64,000 nucleotides of DNA from Pseudomonadales bacterium (GTDB lineage Bacteria > Pseudomonadota > Gammaproteobacteria > Pseudomonadales > GM7GCV1). The notes under the pieces were generated by a model. It did not search any database. It was not told the origin of the DNA and saw only the letters and a program-made list of their open reading frames with translations. Each line of letters starts with the position of its first letter. Position 1 is the first letter of the stretch. A program made the translations under genes and the position numbers. Positions 18,733 to 29,520 of this stretch are shown one piece after another. The stretch lies in the NCBI GenBank assembly GCA_965661125.1, contig CBFICI010000005.1:42305-106304 (forward strand), read 5' to 3'.

Positions 18733-21645
18733 TTACTTCAGCTTGTGAATCGTCAGGCCGAGTTCGGCGGCCTCGGCTTCGGCGGTGTTGCTGCCCAGCA
18801 CGGCCAGTGAACGGTTTTCTGGTGCCAGATATTTCTCGGCGACGCTGCGCAGTTGATCCATATTCAGTTGCATCACCCGTTGGCGAAACCGATCACGCAC
18901 CGCCTGGTCGCGGCCGAACAAAAGCCCGGTATAGGTACTGCGACACTCGCCTGCGGGTGAGCCGGGCTTGTCCAGTGAAGACAGCACGCCCAGCTGGGCT
19001 TCTTCCAGGAAACGATCCTCCACCGGCTGTTCCAGAAATTGCTGAATCGAGTAGTCGAAGTCGTCGAGAGTGCCGCCAAAGCGTGGATCGCGGTAGCTGA
19101 AAAAGCGGAATGCGCCATTGTTGTTGTCCTGGCTGGCGCCACCACCATAGGCACCACCTTTTTCCCGTATCAGCGGGTGCAGGTACAGGTTTCGCAGCAG
19201 CCCGCCCAGGGCGCTGAGTGCGGCAGCGTCCGGGTGGTCGGTGGTTACCGTGGGGTAGGCAGCGGCGCAGAAATTTACCTGGCTATTCGCCGACCAGAAG
19301 CAGTTGGCTGGCTGCGGCTGCATGGGCGGTAGTTCCAGCCGCGACGAGCCGTCCGGACTATTCAAATGGCAGTTTTGCAGCTGCTCGGTAAACTGCTGGC
19401 TTTGCTCTGCCTCACTGATCAGTACCCACTCGCCGGGTTGCTGTGCCAGCTTGTGTTGCAGCTCGGCGAGTTCGCCGGCCAGTTTCTGCAGTGCCTGATT
19501 GTTTTCCAGGCTGCGGTCCAGGTCGCGCAGCGACTGAATGCCAGATAGTCCGCCTGTGCGCTCGGACAGGTAGTTGACTGGCGAGAAACGACTGGCAGCC
19601 GCTTGCATGGCCAATACGTGGCCTTGCCCGGTGAGGCTGGCATCGGCCCTGGCGCGGGTGTGTGCCACCAGTTCACGGATGCGTTCCAGCTCGTCCAGAC
19701 GAGTGCGCAGCTGGGTATCCAGCATTAAATCTGTCAGGGCTTTCTGGTTGCGATAGAGGGCTTTACCCGAGGTAATGAGGTAACCCTTCACGCGCTGCGC
19801 ATCGTCGGGCGCCCCGCGCAGGGTGTAGTTCACCGAAATACTGCCGCATACCGCGGCTTGACGACGCTGAACAGACAAATAATCGTCGTCGCCGATGCCC
19901 AGATCGGTCACCAGATGTGTCAAGAGGGGCAGCAGCTCAAGCTCGCGATCGCTCAGCGCGGGGAGCTCGCTCACCAACATCTGGTAAACCAGCCCATTGG
20001 TGCCCACCTGGTAACGGCTTACCTGCGCTCCGCGCCCGGTTTCAAGCTGCCGTTCTTGCCAGCTGCCCCTGACGGGTACATCCTCCAGACCGACCTTGGG
20101 CAGCATCGATGGGTCGTCTTCCTGCGCCTGGCGCTCGTTTAGGTCCTGGGTGAGCTTCAGCAGAGCGTCGATATCCTTTTGCTTGAAGGCTGCTTTTTGT
20201 CGGGCCAGTTCTTGCGCCAGCTCCTCTTCCTGGCGGGCGTTCAGGCCGGGCTCGGGTTCCAGAGTGAGGCGAACCCGGTGCGGGTTGTCCAGCAGTAGCT
20301 TGCGGCACAGGGAGGGAATGTAATCTTGGTTCTGAATGCGCTTGCGCAGCTCCTTTAGCACCGGGTCGAGATCGAGCAGGGCAACCGGGTCACCGCCGTG
20401 AGTAGTGCTGCCAAGAGCCGACATAATCAGCTGTAAACCATAGGGATAACTGTCACCGGAAATCTCGCGCTGTTGAAGTTCCAGCTGGTGCAGGCAGGCT
20501 TCCACCTCTTCCAGCGCAACGCCCTGATTGGCAACCTGCTGCAGTGTGTCCAGCACCAGCTGTTCAACCGCTTCTGCCTGGCCCGGTTCACTGCCTTCGA
20601 GACCACAGGCGAAGCAGATTTCCCGTTGCGACAGGTCAACCCCGCACAGGGGCGACGGAGCCCGCCCCAGCTTGCTGGATTCAAGTGCCAGTTGCAGGGG
20701 TGAACTGGAGTTATCCAGCAGGACCGCTGCCAGCAGTTGGGCTTCCATGGACGACATCAGGTCGATACTGCTGCCCAGTAACCAGCCCAACACATGGTGG
20801 GTGGCATTGGAGGTTTCTTCGCCTTCGGCCAGGTCGTAGCCTTCCCGAGCCACCTGCGGTTCGCTGTAGCGCTGTTCCAGGCCAACCTCGATGGGTTCAA
20901 CCCGGTCGCTGTATTCCGACAGCACGGTTTCGAAGCGCTGCTGATGCTCGCCGGCATCGATGTCGCCAAAGGTCATAAAAATGGCGTTGGACGGGTGGTA
21001 GTGGCGCCGGTGAAATGCGGTTAACTGCTCGTGTGTCAGTTTGGGAATATCAACCGGTTCGCCACCCGAGTTGTAGTGGTAGGTGGTGGTGGGAAAGAGG
21101 TGGTAGCTCAGGCGTTGCCAAAGAGTGGCCACGGCAGAGCTCATGGCCCCTTTCATTTCGTTGTACACCACGCCGCGTATTTCCAGCGGGTTCTGCGGGT
21201 TGTCATCGACAAAACCTAGCCGGTGGCCCTCCTGGGCGAAATCCAGGGGATGCAGCTGGGGAAAAAATACCGCATCCAGGTAGACATCAAGCAGGTTGAA
21301 GAAGTCTTTACGGTTCTGGCTGGCAAAGGGGTATGCCGTCCAATCGGAGCTGGTGAAGGCATTCATGAAGGTATTCAGCGATCGCCGGATCATGCTGAAA
21401 AAGGGGTCTCTTACCGGGTAGTGGCGGCTACCGCAGAGCGCCGTGTGTTCCAGAATATGAGCCACACCGGTTGAATCCATGGGCACGGTGCGCAGGGCAA
21501 CCAGAAAAACATTTTCGGGGTTGTCGCTTTTAAGGTGAATATGGGGCGCACCGGACGGCACGTGTCGATACTCCTCCACCGTCAGGTTGAGAGATTCGAT
21601 GGGCTGTGTGCGCAGCAATTCAAAGCTTGATGTTGCCTGGTTCAT
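18733..21645 (-). CDS. M16C (presequence-protease-like) zinc metallopeptidase
   Basis: GVAHILEHTALCGS (HxxEH), RSLNTFMNAFT, GVVYNEMKGA, IREKGGAYGG, SYRDP; start adjusted to 21645. Confidence 0.93.
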   Translation of the reverse strand: MNQATSSFELLRTQPIESLNLTVEEYRHVPSGAPHIHLKSDNPENVFLVALRTVPMDSTGVAHILEHTALCGSRHYPVRDPFFSMIRRSLNTFMNAFTSSDWTAYPFASQNRKDFFNLLDVYLDAVFFPQLHPLDFAQEGHRLGFVDDNPQNPLEIRGVVYNEMKGAMSSAVATLWQRLSYHLFPTTTYHYNSGGEPVDIPKLTHEQLTAFHRRHYHPSNAIFMTFGDIDAGEHQQRFETVLSEYSDRVEPIEVGLEQRYSEPQVAREGYDLAEGEETSNATHHVLGWLLGSSIDLMSSMEAQLLAAVLLDNSSSPLQLALESSKLGRAPSPLCGVDLSQREICFACGLEGSEPGQAEAVEQLVLDTLQQVANQGVALEEVEACLHQLELQQREISGDSYPYGLQLIMSALGSTTHGGDPVALLDLDPVLKELRKRIQNQDYIPSLCRKLLLDNPHRVRLTLEPEPGLNARQEEELAQELARQKAAFKQKDIDALLKLTQDLNERQAQEDDPSMLPKVGLEDVPVRGSWQERQLETGRGAQVSRYQVGTNGLVYQMLVSELPALSDRELELLPLLTHLVTDLGIGDDDYLSVQRRQAAVCGSISVNYTLRGAPDDAQRVKGYLITSGKALYRNQKALTDLMLDTQLRTRLDELERIRELVAHTRARADASLTGQGHVLAMQAAASRFSPVNYLSERTGGLSGIQSLRDLDRSLENNQALQKLAGELAELQHKLAQQPGEWVLISEAEQSQQFTEQLQNCHLNSPDGSSRLELPPMQPQPANCFWSANSQVNFCAAAYPTVTTDHPDAAALSALGGLLRNLYLHPLIREKGGAYGGGASQDNNNGAFRFFSYRDPRFGGTLDDFDYSIQQFLEQPVEDRFLEEAQLGVLSSLDKPGSPAGECRSTYTGLLFGRDQAVRDRFRQRVMQLNMDQLRSVAEKYLAPENRSLAVLGSNTAEAEAAELGLTIHKLK

Positions 21646-21804
21646 AAAGTCTCCAATCCGGGCGCGCATTCTAGCAAAGGCGCCGGGTTAGCGTTATTTC
21701 ATGGGCAGTTGGCAAGGCGAAAAATTTACAAAGTCACACAGTGCTAAATCTCTCAGGTGAACCGGCTTTGCTATGCTGGTACCTGTGACCCGGGAGAATG
21801 CACC

Positions 21805-22149
21805 ATGATCAAGCCTTGGCTAAAAAATAGCTTGCCGCTTTGCCTGCTGCTGGCCAGTTCCGCCCTGTGGGCCGACGAGTTTTCCGATCGCCCGGAAATC
21901 TATCCCGAACAGGCCTTTGCCGCCTGTATTGAGGGGTTTGCAAGGGTCCAAATTGTCATTGGTCGGGACGGAAAGGTAATCGAGGCCGAGATTGTTGAAT
22001 CGCAGCCCGGGGAGATTTTTGACGCCAACACGCTAAAAGCCGCAATGGGCTGGGAGTTTCCGCCTCTGGATGAGGATGTCCTGGATGAGAGCATTCGCCT
22101 TGTCACCCGGGTGGACTTTTTTATTGAGGACCACACTCGCTGCGCCTAG
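21805..22149 (+). CDS. Secreted TonB C-terminal-domain protein
   Basis: GGAG RBS; signal peptide ending ALWA; YPEQAFAACIEGFARVQIVIGRDGKV...IVESQP..IFD...KAAMGWEFPP. Confidence 0.78.
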   Translation: MIKPWLKNSLPLCLLLASSALWADEFSDRPEIYPEQAFAACIEGFARVQIVIGRDGKVIEAEIVESQPGEIFDANTLKAAMGWEFPPLDEDVLDESIRLVTRVDFFIEDHTRCA

Positions 22150-22152
22150 TTT

Positions 22153-23682
22153 TCAGGCTTGGCTGAGCGTCAGCTTGAAGCCGTTGTTCTCCAATACGCT
22201 GGCTTCAGTTTGAAGGTCGGCATGGGTGAGGGGGTGCGCATCCAACCATTCCGGGTTAAAACCCAGGACAATGCCCTTCGCACAACCCTGCAATTCGAGC
22301 CCGGGCAGAAAACCGTCCAGGCGGCGCAGGTTCATCAGGGTGGCCAGTCGTAACGTGACGATCAGTTTGAAAACCGCTTCCTGATCGAACAGGGCAAATT
22401 CCGGGATGTCCTTGCGCTTAAAGTTCTTGCGCCAGCTACCTACCGCAAGCCCCAGCAGCCTCTGCTCTTCGTCGCTGAAGCCCGGCAGTTCCAGGTTTTC
22501 CACGATATAGCGCGAGTGGCGCTGCAGTCCGCGCCGGTTAATGTGCAGGCCTATTTCGTGCAGCATGCAGGCCCAGTAAAGAATGTGGCGCAGCGGCTCG
22601 ATTTGATCACCAGGCAGTTCGGAGACAAAGGCGCCGTATAGCAATTTTGCCGTGGAGTAGACGCGTTGGGCCTGTTCCATGTCGATGTCGAAGCGGTTTA
22701 CCAGGCTGGACACGGTGCGCTCGCGAATGTCGTGGTGCTGCATACGCTCGGTCATTTCGTATAGCACGCCCTCTCGCAGGGCAGCATCGCTGATCCCCAT
22801 CTGTTCGATGCCGAACTGCTTGAATGCGCCGATCAGGATGCTCAAACCGCCGGCGATCACCGGCCTGCGCCCCTCATCAATGCCCTCAATCCGGTCGCAG
22901 TGACCCACTTCGATCAGGCTGCGGCGAATTGCCTTGAGCTGTTTCAGATTGATCTGGCCGTCGGCGAGCAGCCCATGGTGCATACCATAGGCCAAAATTG
23001 CCTTGGCAGTGCCCGAACTGCCAATTGCGGAATCCCAGCCGGTTTTTTCAAAGCGTTGGTCGATCAGTTCGAGCCGCTGCCGTGCGCGGGTTTCGGCTAC
23101 ACGGAAGCGCTCGCGGGTGATGTTGCCATCGTCGAAAAAACGCCGCGTATAACTGATGCAGCCCATGGGTTGGCTGCTCAGTTGCAGCAGGTCAAAATTT
23201 TCGCCAATGGCAAACTCGGTGCTGCCACCGCCAATGTCGATGATCAGCCGTTTGCCCTCGAAATGGGTGGTGTGGGCGATTCCCTGGTATATCAGCCTGG
23301 CTTCTTCGTCGCCGGAAATTACCTCGATGGGAAAGGGGAATACCTCGCGCGCTGCGCGCAAAAAATCGTTGCGGTTGCGTGCCCGGCGCAGAGTAAAGGT
23401 GGCCACGGCTCGAACTCGCCCGGCAGGCATGTCTTTAAGAACGCGGGCAAAACTGCGCAGGATGGTTACGCCGCGCTCGATCGCGTCGCTGGCAAGAGTG
23501 CGCTCCTCATCGAGCCCCTCGGCCAGCCGCACCAGCTGTTTGTCCATCACCAGCGGTTGCAAGGTGCCCTCGGTGAGGCGCGCCACAATCAGGTGAAAGG
23601 AGTTCGAGCCAATGTCGATTGCGGCGAAGGTGTCCTGGTCGAATGACTGAACGGCCTGGGTTGCGGCGGTGGCGTCAGTCAA
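22153..23682 (-). CDS. ppx: Exopolyphosphatase (Ppx/GppA)
   Basis: AAIDIGSNSFHL, ISGDEEARLIY, IDIGGGSTE, ALREG, LHEIG. Confidence 0.93.
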   Translation of the reverse strand: MTDATAATQAVQSFDQDTFAAIDIGSNSFHLIVARLTEGTLQPLVMDKQLVRLAEGLDEERTLASDAIERGVTILRSFARVLKDMPAGRVRAVATFTLRRARNRNDFLRAAREVFPFPIEVISGDEEARLIYQGIAHTTHFEGKRLIIDIGGGSTEFAIGENFDLLQLSSQPMGCISYTRRFFDDGNITRERFRVAETRARQRLELIDQRFEKTGWDSAIGSSGTAKAILAYGMHHGLLADGQINLKQLKAIRRSLIEVGHCDRIEGIDEGRRPVIAGGLSILIGAFKQFGIEQMGISDAALREGVLYEMTERMQHHDIRERTVSSLVNRFDIDMEQAQRVYSTAKLLYGAFVSELPGDQIEPLRHILYWACMLHEIGLHINRRGLQRHSRYIVENLELPGFSDEEQRLLGLAVGSWRKNFKRKDIPEFALFDQEAVFKLIVTLRLATLMNLRRLDGFLPGLELQGCAKGIVLGFNPEWLDAHPLTHADLQTEASVLENNGFKLTLSQA

Positions 23683-25736
23683 TCTGATTTGCTCTCGAAC
23701 TGTTGCAGCATGTCGTACACCTGCAGCTGAGAGTGAACCTTGCGCTGGTTGCCGCGTTTTACATACTGGTTCGATTGCGCAGCATCAATTTCTCGGGCCT
23801 TGTAGTTTTCCTTTAGCTGCAGGTCGAGCACCTGCAACATCTGCTGTTGCAACTGCGGATCAAGGATAGGGCAGGTGACTTCCACCCGTTCGTCGAGATT
23901 GCGTGTCATCCAGTCGGCAGAGGAGATATACACCTCGTCATCGCCGTTGTTGTGAAAGTGAATTACCCGCGAATGTTCAAGAAAGCGGTCGACAATACTG
24001 ATGATGCGAATGTTTTCGCTGATGCCTTTGACGCCGGGTTTAAGGGTACACATGCCGCGAATCAACAGTTCAATTTGCACCCCCGCCTGGCTGGCTTCGC
24101 ACAGCAGGTTGACGAAGTGGTCGTCGACCAGATTATTCAGCTTGGCCCGGATCAGCCCGCGCCTGCCTTGCTGCACATGGGTGATTTCGCGTTCGATGCG
24201 GCGGGCCAGCCCGCTTCGCGTATTGATGGGTGAAACCAGCAGGTTTTTAAGGCGTGGCTGTCGATAGCTGCAGTCGATGAAGGTGAACACTTCGCGCGCT
24301 TCCCGGCACAGCGACTGCTTTGCCGTAAAGAGCGCATAGTCGGTGTAAATCTTGGCAGTTTTTTCGTTGAAGTTGCCGGTTGAAATACAGGCATAGAGCC
24401 GCTCTTTGCCCTCGATTTGCTTTGCCACAATGCAAAGCTTCGAGTGAACCTTAAGCGAGGGAATGCCAAAGGTAACCCGGATGCCGGCATCGACAAACTT
24501 CTCGGTCATTTGTAGGTTGTGTTGCTCGTCGAAGCGGGCGCGCAGTTCAATGTTGACCGACACATGTTTGCCGTTGCGCGCGGCGTCAATCAGTGACTCG
24601 GCCACGCGGGAATTGGATGCCGCACGGTAGATATTAATCTTGATGGCGGAGACCTGCGGGTCGAAGGCCGCCTGACGCACGAATTCGGTAAAGTGGCTGA
24701 ACCGGTGGTAGGGATACAGCAGCAGGATATCGCTTTCGTCGATGGCATCGAACACATTGCGGTGGCGCTGAAACTGGCTGTTCTGAATGGCAGGAAATCG
24801 CTGGAATTCCAGGTGCGGACCGATGGGGTTGGGAAACCCGATAAAGTCGCGGAAATTGCGATAGCGCCCGCCAGGAATAACCGCATCAATGTCCTCGATG
24901 CCAATTTGCTGCAACAGCATTTCCACCATTTGCTGCGGCATTTTCTTGTCGTAACTCAAGCGCATGGGCTCGGCGTGCATTCGCTGTTTCATGCTTTGCG
25001 ACATGCGCTTCACCAGGCTGACTTCCGGGTCGTCGCCAAGAATGTATTCACTGTCACGCGAAAACTTCATCGACCAGGCTTCGAGGCTGTCAAAGTCGAA
25101 GAATGGGGTGAATATCTGGTCGAGGTTATGCCGTATCACCTCGTCCATCAGCATGAAGTAGTTGCGCGCATGCCCCCGGTCGGGTGGCACGTTGAGAATT
25201 CGCGGCACGCTTTCGGGCACATCAATAACAGCGTAGCTGACGTCTGCCTTGCGCTTGATTTGCACGATTAGGTAGGAAACCTCGGCTTCCAGCGAGTCTT
25301 CCAACCGCTTCTTGTTGGATACCAGGATAGGCACAATGTGGCGCATGATCTTGTCGCGGAAGTGCTCGCGCAGCCAGTCGCTTTGCTTGGCCGAAAGCTC
25401 GCCCTCGGGCAGAAAGAAGATCTTTTTCTTGGTTAGCTCGGTTTCGATTTCGGCATAGATGTGGTCGAATTCGTCGGACAGGCCGCGAACCTTTTTCTGC
25501 ACTTCCTTCATCAGCTGCAGAGACTCGCCACCGCCCTGTTTGCTTTCGTGAATACTGAGACGGCGCAGGTTGGCCACGCGAACCTTGAAGAACTCGTCCT
25601 GGTTGCTTGAGAAGATTCCCAAAAAGCGAACCCGTTCAATCAGGGGGTTGCGAATATCCGCGGCTTCCTGGAGCACCCGCTCGTTGAAAGAAAGCCAGCT
25701 AAGCTCTTTGGCGATGTGCACTTGCGAAAGATTCAC
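23679..25736 (-). CDS. ppk1: Polyphosphate kinase 1
   Basis: KELSWLSFNERVLQEA, ELRARFDE, LKVHSK, TGNFNEKTA, DRFLEHSR, SADWMTRNL. Confidence 0.96.
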   Translation of the reverse strand: MNLSQVHIAKELSWLSFNERVLQEAADIRNPLIERVRFLGIFSSNQDEFFKVRVANLRRLSIHESKQGGGESLQLMKEVQKKVRGLSDEFDHIYAEIETELTKKKIFFLPEGELSAKQSDWLREHFRDKIMRHIVPILVSNKKRLEDSLEAEVSYLIVQIKRKADVSYAVIDVPESVPRILNVPPDRGHARNYFMLMDEVIRHNLDQIFTPFFDFDSLEAWSMKFSRDSEYILGDDPEVSLVKRMSQSMKQRMHAEPMRLSYDKKMPQQMVEMLLQQIGIEDIDAVIPGGRYRNFRDFIGFPNPIGPHLEFQRFPAIQNSQFQRHRNVFDAIDESDILLLYPYHRFSHFTEFVRQAAFDPQVSAIKINIYRAASNSRVAESLIDAARNGKHVSVNIELRARFDEQHNLQMTEKFVDAGIRVTFGIPSLKVHSKLCIVAKQIEGKERLYACISTGNFNEKTAKIYTDYALFTAKQSLCREAREVFTFIDCSYRQPRLKNLLVSPINTRSGLARRIEREITHVQQGRRGLIRAKLNNLVDDHFVNLLCEASQAGVQIELLIRGMCTLKPGVKGISENIRIISIVDRFLEHSRVIHFHNNGDDEVYISSADWMTRNLDERVEVTCPILDPQLQQQMLQVLDLQLKENYKAREIDAAQSNQYVKRGNQRKVHSQLQVYDMLQQFESKSD

Positions 25737-25751
25737 GCTGGAATTCTCCTC

Positions 25752-28610
25752 TTATGGGTTGGTCTGGTTGGCCTTAAGAATGTTGAGTTCTTTAACCTGT
25801 TGTTGCAATCGCTTCAGGGCGCTTCTTGCATCCTCAAGCTTTTCGCGCTCTTTTCGCACCACGTCGGCCGGTGCGCGATCGACAAAATTGGCATTGCCCA
25901 GCTTACTCTCGAATCGTGACACCTCTTTTACCAGTCGCTCGGTTTCGCGTTCGAGGCGAGTCAGCTCGGCATCGACATCGATAATGCCAGCCATCGGCAC
26001 TAGCACCTCAAGCTCGCCGCTGAGGCCGGTGGCACAGAAGGGCGCTTGCTCGTTTGGCTCCATCCAGCGAATTGACTCCAGCCCGGCCAGCTTGCTCAGC
26101 AGGGCACGGGTATTCTGCAACCGCTCGCGATCGCTTTGATCGCCTCCGCGCAGCAGCAGTTCCAGGCCGCGGGCGGGTGAAATATCCATTTCACCGCGAA
26201 TGTTGCGCACTGCCAGAATAATACCTTTGAGCCACTCCACATCTCGTTCGGCTTCCTCGTCCAACCCTGATGAATCGCTTGTTGGCCAGGGCTGTAGCAT
26301 GAGGGTATCGCCCCTTTTGCCGGCCAGCTCTTTGACCGACTGCCAGATCTCCTCGGTAATAAAGGGCATCAGCGGGTGGGCCAGGCGCAGCAGGGTTTCG
26401 AGAACCCGAACCAGGCTGTAGCGGGTGCCCCGCAGCACCTCGGACGATGCCTGCTCGTCCCACAGAACGGGTTTGGACAGCTCCAGATACCAGTCGCAGT
26501 ATTCGTGCCAGATAAAGTCGTACAGGTGTCGCGCGGCCAGATCGAAGCGAAAATTGTCGAGGGCTTTTGAATAGTCGGTTTCCAGGCGCTGCAAGCGGCT
26601 GATAATCCAGCGGTCAGGCACCGAAAGCTCGCCGCAGTTTTGGTCACTGCCGCAGTCGTACCCCTCGGTATTCATCAGCACATAGCGACTGGCATTCCAG
26701 ATTTTGTTGCAAAAATTGCGATAGCCCTCCAGGCGATGCATATCCCAATTGATATCGCGCCCGGTGCTGGCCAGAGCCGCCAGGGTAAAGCGCAGCGCGT
26801 CGGTGCCGTGAGCCTCGATACCCTGAGGAAACTCCTTGCGCGTGCGTTTGGCGATCTTTTCCGCCAGTTGTGGCTGCATCATGTTGCCGGTGCGTTTTTC
26901 CAGCAGGTCTTCAAGGCTGATACCGTCGATCATGTCGAGTGGATCGATCACGTTGCCTTTCGACTTGGACATTTTCTGGCCATGGTCGTCACGAATCAGG
27001 CCGGTGACATACACCTTTTTGAATGGCACTTCTGTGCGGAAGTGCAGGGTCATCATGATCATGCGCGCGACCCAGAAGAAGATGATGTCAAAGCCGGTCA
27101 CCAGCACATCGCTGGGATGGAATCGGCGCAAATCATCGGTGTCCTGCGGCCAGCCGAGGGTGGAGAAGGTCCACAGGGCTGAACTGAACCAGGTGTCCAG
27201 CACGTCCTCGTCCTGGCGCAAAGTCAGGCTATCTGGCAGCTGGTGTTGCTGGCGCACGTCAGCTTCGCTGCGCCCCACGTAGGTGTTGCCCTCGTTGTCG
27301 TACCAGGCCGGTATACGATGCCCCCACCAGAGTTGGCGGCTGATGCACCAGTCTTGTAAATCGCGCATCCAGGCGAAGTACATGTTTTCGTAGGATTTCG
27401 GCACAAACTGAATGTCGCCATTTTCAACCGCCTGGATGGCCGGTTTGGCCAGCGCTTCAACACTGACATACCACTGGTCTGTGAGCAGGGGTTCGATAGG
27501 CACGCCACTGCGGTCACCGTAGGGAACCTTCAGGGAGTGGTCCTGGATGGAGTCGAGCAGGCCACTGGATTCAAAGTCGGCGATGATTTGCTTGCGGGCG
27601 TCGAAACGGTCGAGCCCGGCGTAGCCTTCGGGTGCGTCCAGGTTTTCAAGCGGGATCGGGCTGCCGTCGCTGGCCAGGCTGTCGAAGCGGGTGAGAATAT
27701 TGGCATCGATATCGAACAGGTTGATCATGGGCAGGCTGTGTCGCTTGCCAACCTCGTAGTCGTTGAAGTCGTGCGCCGGGGTAATTTTTACGCAGCCGGT
27801 ACCAAAGTCGCGATCGACATAGTCGTCGGCGATCACCGGGATGCGACGGTTCACCAGGGGAAGGTCGACAAATTTCCCCACCAGGTCGGCATAGCGCTCG
27901 TCGTCTGGATGCACCGCAACCGCGGTGTCTCCCAGCATGGTTTCGGGCCGCGTGGTTGCCACCACCAGGTAGTCCTTGCCATCGGCTGTTACAGCACCAT
28001 CGGCAAGAGGGTAGCGGAAGTGCCACAGCGAACCCTTGCGGTCGAGGTTTTCCACCTCGAGGTCGGAAATGGCAGTGTGCAGCTTGGGGTCCCAGTTCAC
28101 CAGGCGTTTGCCCCGGTAAATCAGCCCTTCGCTGTGCAGGCGAATGAATACCTCCTGCACCGCTTCAGACAAGCCCGGGTCCATGGTGAAGCGTTCCCGG
28201 TTCCAGTCGACCGAGTTGCCCAGCCGGCGCATCTGGCGCGTGATGGTTCCGCCTGATTCGGCTTTCCAGTCCCAGATTTTTTTGATGAAGTCGTCGCGTC
28301 CGAGGTCGTGGCGGTTTTTGTTTTGCTCGGCTTGGAGTTTTCGCTCGACCACCATTTGCGTGGCAATCCCGGCATGGTCGGTACCCACTTGCCAGAGGGT
28401 GCTGCAGCCGCGCATTCGCTGGTAGCGGATTAGCGCATCCATGATGGTTTGCTGGAAAGCGTGACCCATATGCAGGCTGCCCGTTACATTGGGCGGAGGA
28501 ATCATGATGCTGTAGGGGGTGCCTTCGGCAGTGGGCTCAAAATACCCGCGTTCTTCCCAGTATTGATACCACTTTTCTTCTATCCGGGTTGCTTCAAAGG
28601 TTTTCTGCAT
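25752..28610 (-). CDS. valS: Valine--tRNA ligase
   Basis: [29 protein letters not shown]. Confidence 0.98.
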   Translation of the reverse strand: MQKTFEATRIEEKWYQYWEERGYFEPTAEGTPYSIMIPPPNVTGSLHMGHAFQQTIMDALIRYQRMRGCSTLWQVGTDHAGIATQMVVERKLQAEQNKNRHDLGRDDFIKKIWDWKAESGGTITRQMRRLGNSVDWNRERFTMDPGLSEAVQEVFIRLHSEGLIYRGKRLVNWDPKLHTAISDLEVENLDRKGSLWHFRYPLADGAVTADGKDYLVVATTRPETMLGDTAVAVHPDDERYADLVGKFVDLPLVNRRIPVIADDYVDRDFGTGCVKITPAHDFNDYEVGKRHSLPMINLFDIDANILTRFDSLASDGSPIPLENLDAPEGYAGLDRFDARKQIIADFESSGLLDSIQDHSLKVPYGDRSGVPIEPLLTDQWYVSVEALAKPAIQAVENGDIQFVPKSYENMYFAWMRDLQDWCISRQLWWGHRIPAWYDNEGNTYVGRSEADVRQQHQLPDSLTLRQDEDVLDTWFSSALWTFSTLGWPQDTDDLRRFHPSDVLVTGFDIIFFWVARMIMMTLHFRTEVPFKKVYVTGLIRDDHGQKMSKSKGNVIDPLDMIDGISLEDLLEKRTGNMMQPQLAEKIAKRTRKEFPQGIEAHGTDALRFTLAALASTGRDINWDMHRLEGYRNFCNKIWNASRYVLMNTEGYDCGSDQNCGELSVPDRWIISRLQRLETDYSKALDNFRFDLAARHLYDFIWHEYCDWYLELSKPVLWDEQASSEVLRGTRYSLVRVLETLLRLAHPLMPFITEEIWQSVKELAGKRGDTLMLQPWPTSDSSGLDEEAERDVEWLKGIILAVRNIRGEMDISPARGLELLLRGGDQSDRERLQNTRALLSKLAGLESIRWMEPNEQAPFCATGLSGELEVLVPMAGIIDVDAELTRLERETERLVKEVSRFESKLGNANFVDRAPADVVRKEREKLEDARSALKRLQQQVKELNILKANQTNP

Positions 28611-28692
28611 GGGGCTTCGTTTTCAATCCTGCAAAAGGGTTGGTCGGCGAGCAGCTGCGGCCGGCATTTTTTGGCGCTTTCTGAGGCGCGCC

Positions 28693-28698
28693 ATTATA
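28693..28698 (-). promoter_or_regulatory. Putative sigma70 -10 element for valS
   Basis: Minus strand TATAAT followed by GC-rich GGCGCGC discriminator, ~85 bp upstream of the start. Confidence 0.5.
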
Positions 28699-28717
28699 GG
28701 CTGTGAGCGCCGGGCTG

Positions 28718-29020
28718 TCAGACCTCTTTGCCGCTTAAACGGGCCTTGAGGCGGCGTTTTAGCTCTTGCTCCAGCCGCGGCATCAAATCATCAACCAGTT
28801 GTTCGACCATTTTGTCGAGCTCAGCGCTTGCTTCTGCTTCGTCCGACTGATCGATAAAGGAAGTGAGAATAGGCAGGTCGTCCGGGTCGGGAGCCTCTTT
28901 GCCGTCGAACAGCTCGGCTTGCGGCAGCTGCATCTCCTGCTGCTGCTCGGGACCGTCGTCGAGAAAATTGACCAGTTCGCTGAGGTCGCTGAGTATTTTG
29001 CGCGGGCTCTCTTTCGCCAT
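28718..29020 (-). CDS. Acidic hypothetical protein between holC and valS
   Basis: 100 aa; DDLPILT motif; C-terminal LVDDLMPRLEQELKRRL helix. Confidence 0.75.
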   Translation of the reverse strand: MAKESPRKILSDLSELVNFLDDGPEQQQEMQLPQAELFDGKEAPDPDDLPILTSFIDQSDEAEASAELDKMVEQLVDDLMPRLEQELKRRLKARLSGKEV

Positions 29021-29091
29021 GAGGTTCTCGTTGTGCTGCTGTTATGTTGCCATTCAACCGGCTTTTGTTCCTGATTACCTATTTTACGCAG

Positions 29092-29520
29092 CTAGAGCTG
29101 AATTTCATGCTTTTCAAGAGGATAGCCACGCTCGCGATAGTGCTGGTAGTTGTCGCGCGAAGCCTGGCGGGCCTCCTGCTCAGCGGGCACCAGCTCCAGC
29201 ACCCGTTCAAAGCGCTGATAACCGGCGGGAATTTTGCCTGTGAGGTTAATCAGTATCTCTTCGCAGTGCTCGGGGGGCTCGCCTGTACCAATCGTAACCG
29301 GCGTACGCTGGTCGGCTTTGTCGGCCAGTGCGTGGGGCACGAAGCTGGCCGGCTGAAAGGACCAGAGGTACTCGTCCAGCTGCCGCGCTTGGCTTTCCCC
29401 GGCCGCGGCGATGTGCACCTTGCTACCCCGCGCCAGGGCTTTCTGCGTGAGGATACAGGCCAGTTTGTCGAGATCGGCTGATGAGCCTTCCGATAAAACG
29501 TAAAAGTCGATGCGTGTCAT
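29092..29520 (-). CDS. holC: DNA polymerase III chi subunit
   Basis: [16 protein letters not shown]...SFVPH, R..Y..YR.RGY. Confidence 0.93.
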   Translation of the reverse strand: MTRIDFYVLSEGSSADLDKLACILTQKALARGSKVHIAAAGESQARQLDEYLWSFQPASFVPHALADKADQRTPVTIGTGEPPEHCEEILINLTGKIPAGYQRFERVLELVPAEQEARQASRDNYQHYRERGYPLEKHEIQL

